Shown here: positions 1-13,500 of the stretch, one piece after another
Numbering within the stretch: position 1 is the stretch's first letter
Layout of the letters: every line of letters starts with the position of its first letter
NCBI GenBank assembly: GCA_036785375.1
Contig: JAWMAR010000086.1
Location: 3,410,001-3,474,000, forward strand
Reading direction: 5' to 3'
Length of the DNA: 64,000 nucleotides
DNA from: Leucoraja ocellata
Lineage: Eukaryota
Program-made: the position numbers and the translations under genes
Notes under the pieces: generated by a model
Databases searched by the model: none
Told to the model about the DNA's origin: nothing
The model's input: the letters and a program-made list of their open reading frames with translations, nothing else

Positions 1-271
1 ACCATTGACTAAAGGTTTTGATTCTCAACAGTTGAGCATTGAGGTGCAGTACTACAGCTGCTTTTCATCTGCAAATATTTATTTTTCTTCTCTTCCTTCC
101 ACTCCAAATCTTGATAACTGTTGATATCTGACAAACTATGGGATAAAAAAGATTTGTCTCATAATTTTAACAGATAGACTTAACTACTTTTATGCTTCAC
201 TTTTTCTAAAGTTAATGATTAAATGAAATATTGGACCCATTTAAATATTGTTACACAATTCTCTGTTTCAG

Positions 272-1592
272 GTAACATCAAATGAAAATAGAATATTCAG
301 TCCAAAAGAGTACGTACTTGCACCAGTGAATAAAGAGTCTCCAATTGCTGTTGTACCAACTGAATTACATCCATTTCATGAGGAGTCCGAACAGTTTATT
401 CAAAATGATATGGTGGAACCTGGGCTTGAAACATCACCGTATGATGGAGTGCCTCAAACCTCTAATCCAAGCCAGAAGGAAGTATGTTTGCTTGATATAA
501 CATTTGAGGATTTTCTCCCAGAGCAATTAGAACCTGTTGCTGCCATTGAAGCAGTTAAACAAACCACAATACTGGAGGAGGCTCTGAAGGAAATAGGGTC
601 GGAGCTATCAAACAAGAAAAAAAACACGGCTTTTGACAAAGATGAATATGATTTCAGTATTCCTTCAGCAGCATCTGGGGGTGCTCAGGATAAAGCATCA
701 GAAGGCAAATACTTTTCACAAATGGATTATCTGGAACACGCACTCTCTGATCCATATATTAAAGTTGTAGCGTCAGATAGTAAGTCTTCAGGGCCACATG
801 CAAATATATATGGCCATGTGTCTGATTCAAATCTAAATATAGGTGGGTATACATCTAACGTTGAACTTGCTGGGCCACGGTGGAATATTCATGGACATGC
901 TTCACAATCTAACATAAAGGTTGGTGATTATCTTTCTAACGTTGAGCCTTCTAGACCACGATGGAATATTCATGGACATGTATCACAAGCCAGCATACAC
1001 GTTGGTGAATATGTTTCAGATGTAGAGCAATCTTGGCCAAAACCAAACATTCATGGACATCCATCACAGACCAATTTACAAATTGGTGATGATGTTTCCA
1101 GTGTGGAATCATGTAGATCAAGATGGAACATCCATGGACATGTGCCACCAGCCAATGCTACACTTGGTAAAAATGGATCCAGTACAGAACCATGTGGGCC
1201 ACAGTTGAAATTTCCTGGTAAATCATTACCCACATTGCCTAAAATAGATGCAGAATCTCCTTCACTTGATTGGATATCTTTGGGGCATCCTTCTCAATCA
1301 AATATCAGAATAGGTGAATGGTCACCATATGTGGAAGCAAATCTGATCCCAAGGCTGAAATCAGCTGCTGGTCATTCATCTGATTCCACCATTCAAGACA
1401 TAATATACAATAAACAATCACCATCAGAAATAGTGGTGCCTAATGATGAAAATCTGAATGCTGAAACTGTACGTCCCCCCATTTCGAAAGAAGAAATGCA
1501 CATCGCTGAAGAATCCAAATTGATTACAGATCTTCCAAGTCCAGAATCTGAGCTAAATGGAAATGAAAACAAAAGTCAGGGTGAATCACAAG
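272..1592 (+). CDS. TUBGCP6: TUBGCP6 large repeat-containing exon
   Basis: Acceptor tgtttcag at 270-271 and donor AG/gtgaga at 1593. It lies inside ORF 248..1642 and encodes the GCP6 27-aa repeats. Confidence 0.92.
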
Positions 1593-4500
1593 GTGAGAAA
1601 TGCAAGGCTTTTGCAGGATTGTACTTTTTTTTCATGAACTGAAGCTATTTTTCATAACAAATGCATTAGTTGACAAAATATATTAACATATTATAGTACA
1701 CGCCGTCTTAATGTAATTAACACGGAACGTAAAACAGTACAGCACATGAACAAGCCCTTTGACCCACAATGTCCTTGCTGAACCTGATGTCAAGCCCATC
1801 TCTTATCTACCTACACGTAATCCAAATCACTCAATTTCTGCATGTCCCTATGCCTATCCAAAAGTCTCAGAAATGCAACTATTGTATCTGCCTCAGACAT
1901 GGCCCCACTCCTTTAAACTTTGTCCCTCTCAGCCTAAAGCTAGTAAAGCTAGCACCCTGTAGTATTTGATTGTTTACATCCTGGGAATAAAAGGTTCTAA
2001 CTGTCTACCTTATCTATGTCTCTCATAATTTTATATACTTCTATCAGTTCTCTCCCCAACCTCTGGCAGTCCAGAGAAATTCCAGAGATATTTAGATATT
2101 TTCTGACAAATTAATGACATTTTATATGATTACCAATTCATTATCTTTTGTAGCTAACTATGAAAAAGATGCCATTAATGAACATCCACAAAAAGTAGCA
2201 TCCACTCCCACTCTTCAAACCACAGGTTTTCAAGATGAGGTATTTTATTTTAAATACAAAATTAATTTAATATTATCGATACAGAGAGTCATTCGTGACT
2301 CAAATATGCTTGTTTGAAGTTTGTGATGTGGTATAATAATGGCATTACTAAACTGTTTAGATGGGGGACTTTAGGGCAGTCACGGTGGTGCAGCGGTGGA
2401 GTTGCTGCCTTACAGCGAATGCAGCGCCGGAGACCCGGGTTCGATCCTGACAATAGATGCAGTCTGTACAGAATTTGTACGTTCTCTCCGTGACTTGCGA
2501 GGGCTTTCTCTGAGATCTTTAGTTTCCTCCCACACTGCAAAGTCGTACAGGTTTGTAGGTTAGTTGGCTTGGTGTAAATGTAAAAATTGTCCCTAGTGGG
2601 GGTAGGATAGTATTAATGTGCGGGGATCGTTGGTTGGCGTGTACCCAGTGGGCCGAAGGGCCTGATTCCGTGCTGTGTCTCTAAAACTTTTTTTTAAAAA
2701 ACATGGTGGTGGGGAGAGGAAACCTGGAGGAAGGAATTTTGCACATCCCTCTTAGGTGGGAATGCCGTACAGCAGTAATGAGGATTTGCAAGGTTTAAAT
2801 TGTCGTGGATTTGCATTAGCAAATCCAGAAGAGAATAGGAGCTAGAGTGGACACATTGCTGAAATGTGATTGATAGTTAACCAGTATAATCACTCCAGCT
2901 AATGGTGGGACAATGGGAAATAGTGGGAAATATGTATTTCATTCTCTCTTCATTTATGAGATAATATCATGAAATTTCTGGCTGGAAAGAGCAACGTTCA
3001 GTTGGAGCAGCAATGGTTGAAGAAAGCCTATTAATATCTTCTTGGACTGACGAAGGACCGTGACCAGGAAAAATTATTCTTTGGAAAATATAGATATTTA
3101 TAGTGTGATTATAGTTTGTGTGCTATAATTTACATTAAAAAAAAACAAAATATAAGAAATGCTGATGGGCTAGAATTCCTGACTGGGTGGGGGTGAAGGG
3201 TTTTCCTTTTAATAGTTTAATAAAGTGAGTGTTTTATTGAGCAACCTCTGGGAGAACTTATGAAGTGAAACTTGGTTTGTGCCCCATGTGAGTTTATACA
3301 TCATTCCAGCATTTCAAGGCCACCTACTAAAAGGCAACTGTAGGAATTGTATTCCTCTTGACAAAAATATACCCCAGACCTCTAGATTACTTACCTAGAA
3401 ACATTTTTATTTTTGTTTTGCTCATGATTACAATGATTTAATTGTTTATGGTGTGTTGTTATGTTTTAATTTTCCATGTCAAGTTGTCAACATGTACTTG
3501 AGATCATTCTAACCCAAATAATTTTCAGTTATGTAAATGATAGATTATGCTTAAATTTTCTTATTGAATTTAAAAAAAATAAAAACATTTGCAATGATTC
3601 CTGGGCATCTTACGTATTGATGACTCTGACAAGTAGTTTATGTTTACCTGTGCTATAGAAGAAAGATCCTTTTGAACCACAAAAGGATTGTTTTCAAGAT
3701 AGAAATGCACATGCCGATCAATCAGAAGATCTAAAGCATGCAGCTACTGACCTTTTGATTGCGCAAGTGGGTCCTACGCAAGAAAATGCGGTTGAACTTT
3801 CTTTATGGGACAAGGAAGAGGCCTACCTTAAAAGCCTGGCAGACCAATACTGTGTAGAACACTACCAGGACAACTATGAACTGATGTGTAAGCATGCAAT
3901 ATTTATTGGAATTTAGCAATGGTAACAATTCAATTCTTAGCATTAGAATCATGATTTAAAAAAAAAAAATTATTACAAAATTGTAACATTTACTGATGAT
4001 GAATATTGATGGCATTTTACTTTTATATCTGCTCTCGTAATATCTCTGCTCTGGTCCTGGTTGAAAGTTTTAGTGCCATTACTAGCTCAAAATGTGCATC
4101 AATGTAAAAGTATTTCTTTCGAATGTTGAACTGAGTGTTTTAACCATTACTAATATACACAAATGGTCACGTTAGGACATGAGAAATAATACCTCTGGTG
4201 TTAATGCATTTGAGAAGCTGATGCAGCTAGAGGAGAAATACAGTAGGAACTCAGAATATAGGTTAGTAACTTTGTTACCAGTGACTATTCACAGAAATGC
4301 TTTAAAATTAATGTAACATGAGCATGTCATATTCATGTTATCGGAGCAGAATTAGGCCAAACAGCCCATTGAGTCTGCCATTGAATCATGGCTGATTTAT
4401 TTTTCCCTCTTAACTCCATTCCACTACCTTCTCACCAGAACCTCAACACCCTTACTAAACAAGAACCTGTCAATCTCCACTTTAAAAATACCCAAAGACT

Positions 4501-7500
4501 TGGCTTCCACAGCCATCTGTGACAATGAATTCCACAGAGTCACCACTCTCCGACTAAAGAAATTCCTCCAACTCCTTTCTAAAGGTACGTCCATTTATTG
4601 TGAGGCTGGGCCCTCTGGTCCTAGACTCTCCCACTAGTGCAATCATCTCCACATCCACTCTATACAGGTCTTTCATTTTGATCAGTTTCAATGAAATTTC
4701 TCCACCCCCTGGTATCCTTCTAAACTCCAGCAAATACAGGCCCAAAGCTGGCAAATGCTAATCGTGCGTTAACCTAAACATCCCTGGAATTCAAAAGCCC
4801 ATTATTTTTAATTTGCATTATGTTTCTGAACCACCTCCTCTTCTTGAATATTCTAAGGTATCTTATCCTGCTAGGGTGATGTAAAAGTTTGCGTGCAAAT
4901 CTATTGAGTTCCTACCAGCAGTGTGATGCTGCTCTCAAGGGGACAGTTGGATGGAAATAACTTTAGAAAACTTGCCATTAGTTTTCTAAGTTATTCTCTC
5001 ATTGAGTTTTTATTTTGGAGAAAATGTATAATTGGTGAATTAGTCTTTTTTTCTTGACGGTCTTAATATTCTGTACTTTATTTACTGCCCCAGCTGAGCC
5101 TCCCATCTCGCATCTGCTTCAGAATATAGTAACGGAGCCCTGTTTACCACCCTTGGATCCTTCTGTTCGTAGAGCAACAGATGCAACAGCAGTACAAGCA
5201 AGCAGTCTAGTCTCACTTCCAGTACTGATGAAACACTCCATAACGGCACCTCTTATAGCTCAGTAAGTATTTATTGAAACTGCCATTGCTGTCTTAATTG
5301 CAGTTTAGGGCAGATAAAGCCCTGGCTCAAGAAACAATTTTTCTGTTTCTGACATGGACACTTTTCACTGATCCATTTGAAAAAAATCTGGCCATTTTAT
5401 TTACAGAGTTAGAGGTAAGTAAAATAAGTAGAGGAGAAAAGAGTAATCACACTACAGATAAAAAATATTTCTTAATGCACCTGACAAAGTTTGAAATTTT
5501 TCAGAGTAGGATTACTGTCTGTGGATTTTTATTTTTTTAACAAATAAGATTCTGTCTGCATCAAAATAACTATAGCATACTAAAATACTGAGATTTCAGT
5601 CTTTAATATTTAAACAAAATTTGAGATATTGCATTTAAGTTACTCTCTCTTTTCAGTGCTTCTCTGGTAAATAAAGCCATAATTGATTATTTATTTGTGG
5701 AACTGAACATTGAACAGAACTTTGAAGCGTTAAGACATTTCCTTTTGATGGAAGATGGAGAGTTTGCTCAATCACTTAGTGATCTGCTCTTTGAAAAGGT
5801 AAATTTAATTTCCTAGGCTACACTTCACACATCCATCAGAATTGCACCTGTGTGAAATGCAGAAAACATTTTACAAAATCCATTAGGTTTAACATTTTAT
5901 TGAGATATTGATGTTTATGTTTATTTGAAGCTGAATTTTTCAAACCGTTAAATCATTTATTATGGAGTATTTAGTTTTCTACAGGATTGTTTTATTAATA
6001 AATCTTAACCAAACGACAAGAATCTTCTGCTTGTGTCAAAAAGATCAGAAACCAGAACTGTTGAGCTTACGGATTAATTGGCCCAGGTTTAGCGAGTTAT
6101 TCTTTAATTCCAATATAAAGCTCACTTGCAATATAAAAAACGAACCGATGTCAATTAAAGAAGGTTTAAGTATTCCTTTTAATATGTTTATAGTTGATAC
6201 GAAATCAGACTGATGGTAATGATGAGCTGTTTTCCATGTTCTCTTAGAAGTTAATTAAATAGGTAAATTAGCTGTCATGGCAGTTTTCGTTCTCATTGGG
6301 TGTGAACAGTGGCAATAATGCAAGGAATTAATGACCATGCCCTTCCATGATGTTTTTGGCCACTGAGATTCAGAATTATTGAAATATGCAAGAGCTTTAT
6401 TAAATCCAGTATGTTAGAAATCAGTAACCATTTTAATGAAATCCTTCAAATGCATAAGAATATCTTTATTTTGCAGCACAAAGTGTAGTATACTCCTTTG
6501 AGGTGAGTTCTATTCCTATTGTCATTTTGTGTATTTGCATCCCTGGGAAATCAACTTACAGATTTGAATCAATGCCTTACCTTTCTTATTATTTCCAGGC
6601 GTTACCTTATTAGAAAGTGAAAAAAATAATATCTAGCTATGGCCACACATTGGTGTAGGTTCCTTCAAGCCAGAGTGATTGCATTTGTTCCTTTAGCGCT
6701 CTCAATCTGTTAGTGGTATCTGCACCTGGTATGGCTTTTATAATAATATAATATAACAATTACAGCACGGAAACAGGCCATCTCGACCCTTCTAGTCCGT
6801 GCCGAACACATAATCTCCCCTAGTCCCATATACCTGCGCTCAGACCATAACCCTCCATTCCCTTCCCATCCATATAACTATCCAATTTATTTTTAAATGA
6901 TAAAAACGAACCTGCCTCCACCACCTTCACTGGAAGCTCATTCCACACAACTACTACTCTCTGAGTAAAGAAGTTCCCCCTCATGTTACCCCTAAACTTC
7001 AGTCCCTTAATTCTCAAGTCATGTCCCCTTGTTTGAATCTTCCCTACTCTCAGTGGGAAAAGCTTTTCCACGTCAACTCTGTCTATCCCTCTCATCATTT
7101 TAAAAACCTCTATCAAGTCCCCCCCTTAACCTTCTGCGCTCCAAAGAATAAAGCCCTAACTTGTTCAACCTTTCTCTGTAACTTAGTTGCTGAAACCCAG
7201 GCTTTCCAAAATTTGTGGTTGCATTGCGATCCCGAGCTTGGATTTCTTGAGTAATATCATTGTTACAGTGACTACTAATCCCTTCATGCCATACTACCAC
7301 ACGATGTGGGATCTGCGATGTCCCTACGGAAGTAAGACTTAATGACCCCTTGAGGAAATAGCTAATGCCACTGAACTCATATTTCCTAGTACACATCAAA
7401 TGTGAAGTAAAACACCCAAGTCCATACACATGCAAGGCTAATTAATAAACTAAGTTCCCAGCGTGGTGCAAAGTTGCATGTTTTTATTCTTTCACTGGAA

Positions 7501-10500
7501 CTGTAAGGCAACATAAGCAGGTATTTCTTCAACTCGATGCAGCCCAAATCACAGAACATTCTTCATTCACTTGCTTAACGGTTTTTCATTTCTACAATAG
7601 TTTCCTATACTTCCACGTCTGAGATTACCGATTAGTTGGTTTCTAGAAGAACTAGATTTAATCGGATCCCAGCACTGACTGGTACAGTAAACCGTAGTAT
7701 TAACAGACCTCTTTATAACCAATTCCGGTTATAATGGACAGACCTGAGCTCCCACTGCCTCCTTGGCCTCTTACAACCCCGCTGCCCTCACAGTCCGGTT
7801 TTCACGGCTGTTATTTTGGCTCAAGTTGTAGCTCCTGGGGGCTGCACCTTCTTCAGGCCGCTGAAAAAATGACAAGAACCGGTTGGTCACTGTGGGGCTC
7901 CTTCCCCTATCAGCAGCTGCCACTTCTTTGTGTTGTCCATCACTTTGTCCGCTCCTCTCTCCACTGCCACGCCATCCTCCTTCCATCACTTTGTCCACTC
8001 CGCCATTGCCTCATCCTCCTTTTTGCCCGGAATTGCCAACATCTTCCAAGGTGGAGCGCGTCGGAGGAGAAGGTGGCGATGGGGCGCGGGGGAAGAGAGA
8101 CCGTCCAGTGGACGTGGCTGTTGTTGCAGTCCACATTGTAACCCCCAAAATGATGCACTCGGTCACCGTGTGTCTCCCTCCCATGCCGCTTCTTCCTTCG
8201 GTCGTCACTTTGTCTGCTTTGCCGCCTTTCCCCTCTCCACCGGAGCCCCTGACATCCCCCACCTTGGAACATGTCGGCGACTGCGGGGGTGGCGGTGGAG
8301 GAGGGAGCGACAGAGTAGACAAAGCGACGGGAGAAGTCAGCAGCGGTGGTGCGGGGAGTAGACAAAGCAATGGCCGACAGCTGTTAAGAGGGGAGGGAGC
8401 CCCACGGTGACCAAGCATGTCCTATCTGTGGCCTGCAGAAAACTTTGCTGGCCAGGGGCTACAAGGTGAACCGTAACAACAGCCGTGTCAGCTGGACCGT
8501 GCAGCTGGTATAGACCAGCAGTATCAGTGCCTAGTTTTAACGTGAAGCTGCACAATGTACTGGCGTAACTAGGCAGACTGAATCAGTCGGAAGAAGGGTC
8601 CCAACCCAAAAGTTCACCTATCCATTTTCCCCAGAGATGCATCCTGACCTGAGTTACTCCAGCACCTTGTATCCTTTTGTGTATTAACCAGCATCTGTAG
8701 TTCTTTGTTTCTACGACATACAATGATAATCCTTTGCTCATTTATAGCGGACAATCGGCAATAATGAACACCACTTCCCCATCCCCTATTGTCTGGTTTA
8801 ACGAGGATTTACTGTACCTAATTCATTGTTACAGAATTGCCCAATGAAATCTTTTTCCATTTTGATTGTCAGCTGGATTAAATTGTACATATGTTAAAAG
8901 TGATTATTTTGAACATTTTAATTAAAGAAATTCTGAAAGCATTCAATGGAGTACTAATTCCTGATCTTATTTTACTTAATAAATGTAACTTTAGTCTTGT
9001 GTATTGAAAAATCCCATTGTAATGTGTATTGAACTGGTGCTTCTTCTTTTAATAGCTTGGATCCGGACAGACACCAGGAGAACTTTTGAATCCTTTAGTT
9101 CTTAATTCAATTTTGAACAAAGCTTTGCAGTATAGCCTTCATGGAGACTCTAAGATGGCTTCTAATTTGACTTTTGCCCTGAAATATCTGCCAGAAATAT
9201 TCAAACCGAATGCACCCGATGCCTTGAACTGCTTGGAACTAAGATACAAGGTCACAAATCTTTCTTGCAAAATAAATATCTTTTGTATTTTTTATATTTT
9301 CTTTTCGGAAAGTTATTTAAATGATTTAATACATTTTCATTGAGAATTTGACTGTCAATAAACTGACTAGGTTGCTAACAGATACAAAGTGAAATGATGG
9401 AAAATTTACTTTAGTGAAACTATAGAGAAAGTTATAACATGGACCAATGCCACAAGTTTCAAAATGAATGGGACTTCTTGGGGGAAGGTGAAAACCGACT
9501 CAATATCAATGTAACTGGTAATCAAAATAGAGAGTAAATGTTACGGTTAAGAAAATAGTCATACACAATACTGACAGGGTGTAGAGTTATACGGCACAAA
9601 CCGGTCCTTCCTCCCAACTCTTCCATAATAACCAAGATGCCCAACTGATCATTTTAAGAGTTCATGATGCAGTGCCATTGTGATTATTGTACTGGGTACC
9701 TGGACGAGGCGCCGACGAACGAGAAGCCGAAGCAAAGAAGTCGAAACCAAAGAACCGCATGGAAACTAGGCCGAAACGCCTAATAACCGAAAGGATGGGA
9801 TGCTTAAAAGCCAACGAACCAAAAAACTGCGTCGCCTAAAAGCAAACTTACCGAATGGCCGCTCTGTCGAAACGCCACCTACTCGTAAGGCGGTGTCGCC
9901 TACAAGACAACGGACCGACTGCCGCTAAACAGAAAAGTCCAATAATGGACATGACGCTGCCGGGGGGCAGGACTGGTCAGCAATTGGTCCAGACCCCCGC
10001 GTCCATCACATCAGAAAGGGGAGACGGGATCGTGGGGGTCATAGGTGACTGCAATCTGAACTCAAGCACCAAGTTGAAAGCGGCCGAAGGTGCGCATCCC
10101 TCGGGACAGCCCACACCCACTCTCCCACGGCCACCCTCTGCGGACTGCGGGTCGGGTGGAGTGGAGGTGTGGGCCAATGTTCATCCCTTCACAGTGATAT
10201 GATGGACGCGGGGGTCTGGACCAATCGCTGACAAGTCCCCCCCCCCCCCCCCCCCCCCCCAGCAACGTCATGTCCGTTATTGGACTTTGCTATTGAGCGG
10301 CAGTCGGTCAGTTGGCTTGTACGCGATGCCGCCTTTCGGGCAGTTGGTGTTTCGGCCTCGTTTCCATTCGGTTCTTTGGCTTCGACTTCTTTGCTTCGGC
10401 CTCTCGTCAGTTGGCGCCACGTCCGCACACAATTGTACTGTTAGGAACAATATTATTACTGTTGGGAAAATAGGACACCAAGATAAGAGTATGGTGTAGA

Positions 10501-13500
10501 AGTTAGTTATCACGCTGGAAAAATTGAAGAATTTAGTTTACTCTTTTCAAAAGCTGTGGCCTAAGTTTCCAAAGCAGTTTATTCAAACAGGTAATCACTT
10601 CCGTTCTTCACTTTTTCACAAAAACAATGGTTCTTGGTACTAAGATTGGAAGACATTTTGTCAGTTTGGAGTTCTTTGGGGATACTGGATTTGAATGTGT
10701 CAGTCAAAATGTATGCAAATGTATATGAGGTGCATTTTTAAGTCCTATGATTAATCAAGTAATTAATATGATTTCAATGGATAATTAGAATTAATACTGG
10801 TTACATTGGGAAGAGAGGGATTGAGATCAAAGAGTGGATGTTAAATTAATTCATGATTTTTATCATGTTAAAAAAAATGATATGTTGGTGAAAGTAGAAA
10901 TTACTGGATATTGGAAAGCAACTATATTGTTATCATTGTAGTTGTACACTTTTTGATTTTAAGTTTTGTACTGTTCATAAATGTTATGACATGGTTCGCT
11001 CTAGTCACTCGTTAACTGATTTTTTTCCCAAATGGAACTTAATTGGTTCCCAAATGTTGTAAAAACTCATTAAATGCCTGTAACAATAAATGTTTGTATT
11101 TAAATAGTAAACGAGAACTACAGTTATGAAAGTTGCACCACAATGCTATCATGAATGCAGTATTGTACAATTTCACATGTGTTTTACTGCTTTTCTAATT
11201 TTTTTTTTGTAGGTGAATTGGCCTCTGAACATTGTAATCACGGAAAGCTGTATGAACAAGTACAACAAGATATTTTCTTTCCTGCTGCAGCTAAAGCATA
11301 TGGTCTGGACATTAAAGGATGTTTGGTTTCATTTAAAACGTACTGGTGAGAAAAATATTAGCTCTGGGTTCTTGAACATGGGTTGAGGATCATTGAAATG
11401 CTATAGGAAATAGTTTTTAAAATTGCATTAAAAAAACATTTGTGATTCATTTATTTGGTTGCAATGAAAGATAAAAGGTTAGATTTTAAGCAGAAGAGTA
11501 AATACATGTTTAGTAATGTGTGTATGTGTAGTAGTAGATTCATGTAAACAGCAAAGGTTTTATGGATAATCTTTGACTGCCAAGTCAATGTTAGCACATG
11601 GTGAAAGTTGATAATGATTGTTATGTACCTTAAGTGCCTTCATCTAAGGAGCTACTTTTGAAGTAGAACCTGTTTTTTTTTTCAGTTGTAGGATCATTAA
11701 AAAGAAATTAGAATCATCGAGGAAAGTCAGAGATGCCCAAGAGGTTCATAGATAGGAGTAGATGCCTACAGTGCAAAGGGTCTTCAGGCCAATGTGTCAA
11801 AACCATCAAACATCAATTTACACTAATCCCATTTTTCATCTCTCATTACCATCAACTAGCACCCCTCTCTGATTCTCTTGTCATCGACTTACACCAGGGG
11901 CATTAACCTACTGGTCATCGTATCTTTGATATGTGAGACAAAACTGGAGCACCCCGAGAAAATCCAGGGATATGTGCAAACCCCACACAAATTGCTTCAT
12001 GTCGTTGATGGCTATTTCTCTCTTTATTTAGATGCTGCATGGCCTGCTGCTTCTAGCATTTTTGTTTGTGTGAGAAGAGGGATTATCTACTCAAACTTCA
12101 TTCTCGGATAGGGAGAAGGGAAACTTGATGTTATTTATTTACAAATATGGAAAGTATGGATTTAGTACAGCTCTAGCTACAACATTCATTGTTGGTGAAA
12201 ATGGTTTAAATTATTGGAGATAAAAGGAAATTTGGGAAATTTAGTCATTTTTCTTCAGACAAAATGTAGATTTATTCCTATTGGAAAAGTATCACTCTCT
12301 TGTCAGCTAGGAAACCGATGATGTGGATAAACCATAGATCTTCTACACAAAGTATAACTTTAAGTTCAGGGAACATAGTATTATTGGAGTGCTTCTTAAG
12401 TTGTGAAGAAGGAATACAAATTTGTGAATTGCACATAAATCTCTTTATATTATGTACCACAAACTGTAACCATATTCAGAAATTGGAATAGATAGATGAC
12501 CTGTCATTGTGATATTTACATTTAAAGTTAGTCAAAAATAATTAGGACTATCTAATTTAATTCACTGTTATTACCACCTACAAATGCAGGTCCCATTTGT
12601 TTTGTGTCATCGTTCCTTTCAATTTTGCAGATTGAAAATTTTAACTTGTTTTTATTTTAGCTTTAGTTAACCGTTCTTCAAATTCGGTCCAGTTGCACCA
12701 GCTTCAACTCTATCGACATGAAATGCAGCATTTTGTCAAAGTCATTCAAGGTTACATTGCTAATCAAATTTTGCACGTTACTTGGTGTGAATTCGGACAC
12801 AAGTTGTCATCAGTTGGAAATCTGGATGAACTCCACAGAACACATGCAGAATACCTCAACAAAGGCATTTTCAGGCAAGAATTTCTGTACTTTTGTTAGC
12901 AGCATTCTGAGAGAGTTGCTTAACATATCTTTTGTAATTAAAATTATTAGGTTGCATGTTTCCTTTGATAACTCAATAAATGTTGGGGGAGAATAACTAA
13001 TGAGACTGTTGTGAAGGAGCCTTTCTGGCTGTCAGCTAATCATTGTGTTAGACGCGAGATAAACTGACCTTTTGTTTAATTATGATGATATGATTATTGA
13101 ACAGTGAAATGAGAAATATATCATTAATCTGGAGAATAATCCAAATCATTTGCATTTGTTCTAAAAAGGTGGGAATCCATTTTGATGGGAAGATTCTGAG
13201 CTAACAGTGCAATTAAAAAATCACATGGGAAAATGAAATAAACTCAAATTCAAGTTGAAATTAATGTGACCATTAGATACACGTCTAATTATGTGATCAA
13301 AACGGGAGGTGGGAGGGAGAGATTGAATAGAAATATAAAAAGTGCATATCCAGTTGTCTGGTTGGCAAAAGAAGCACTTTGTAGTTTTTAATCTCTATCG
13401 GATTAAATACTTTAATTTTGGATTTACCAATTGGATTGTCATGTAAGTAGCACCCAGAGTAGACAACAGAATGATGCAGATTGTATTGTTCTTGTAAATG

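Noticed and set aside
248-1642. 464-aa ORF as a stand-alone gene, or its repeats as a CRISPR-like array
   Set aside because: It is an internal TUBGCP6 exon bounded by splice sites. The 81-bp units are in-frame coding repeats without unique spacers.
2374-2450. tRNA-like sequence with A and B boxes
   Set aside because: It is the head of a V-SINE that continues into the V-domain and CR1 tail, with no complete cloverleaf.
7734-8555. Cluster of overlapping 70-175 aa ORFs on both strands (also 13984-14656, 9855-10513 and 51922-52545)
   Set aside because: They are by-products of GC-rich, stop-poor transposon interiors, with low-complexity translations, no recognisable domains and no splice support.
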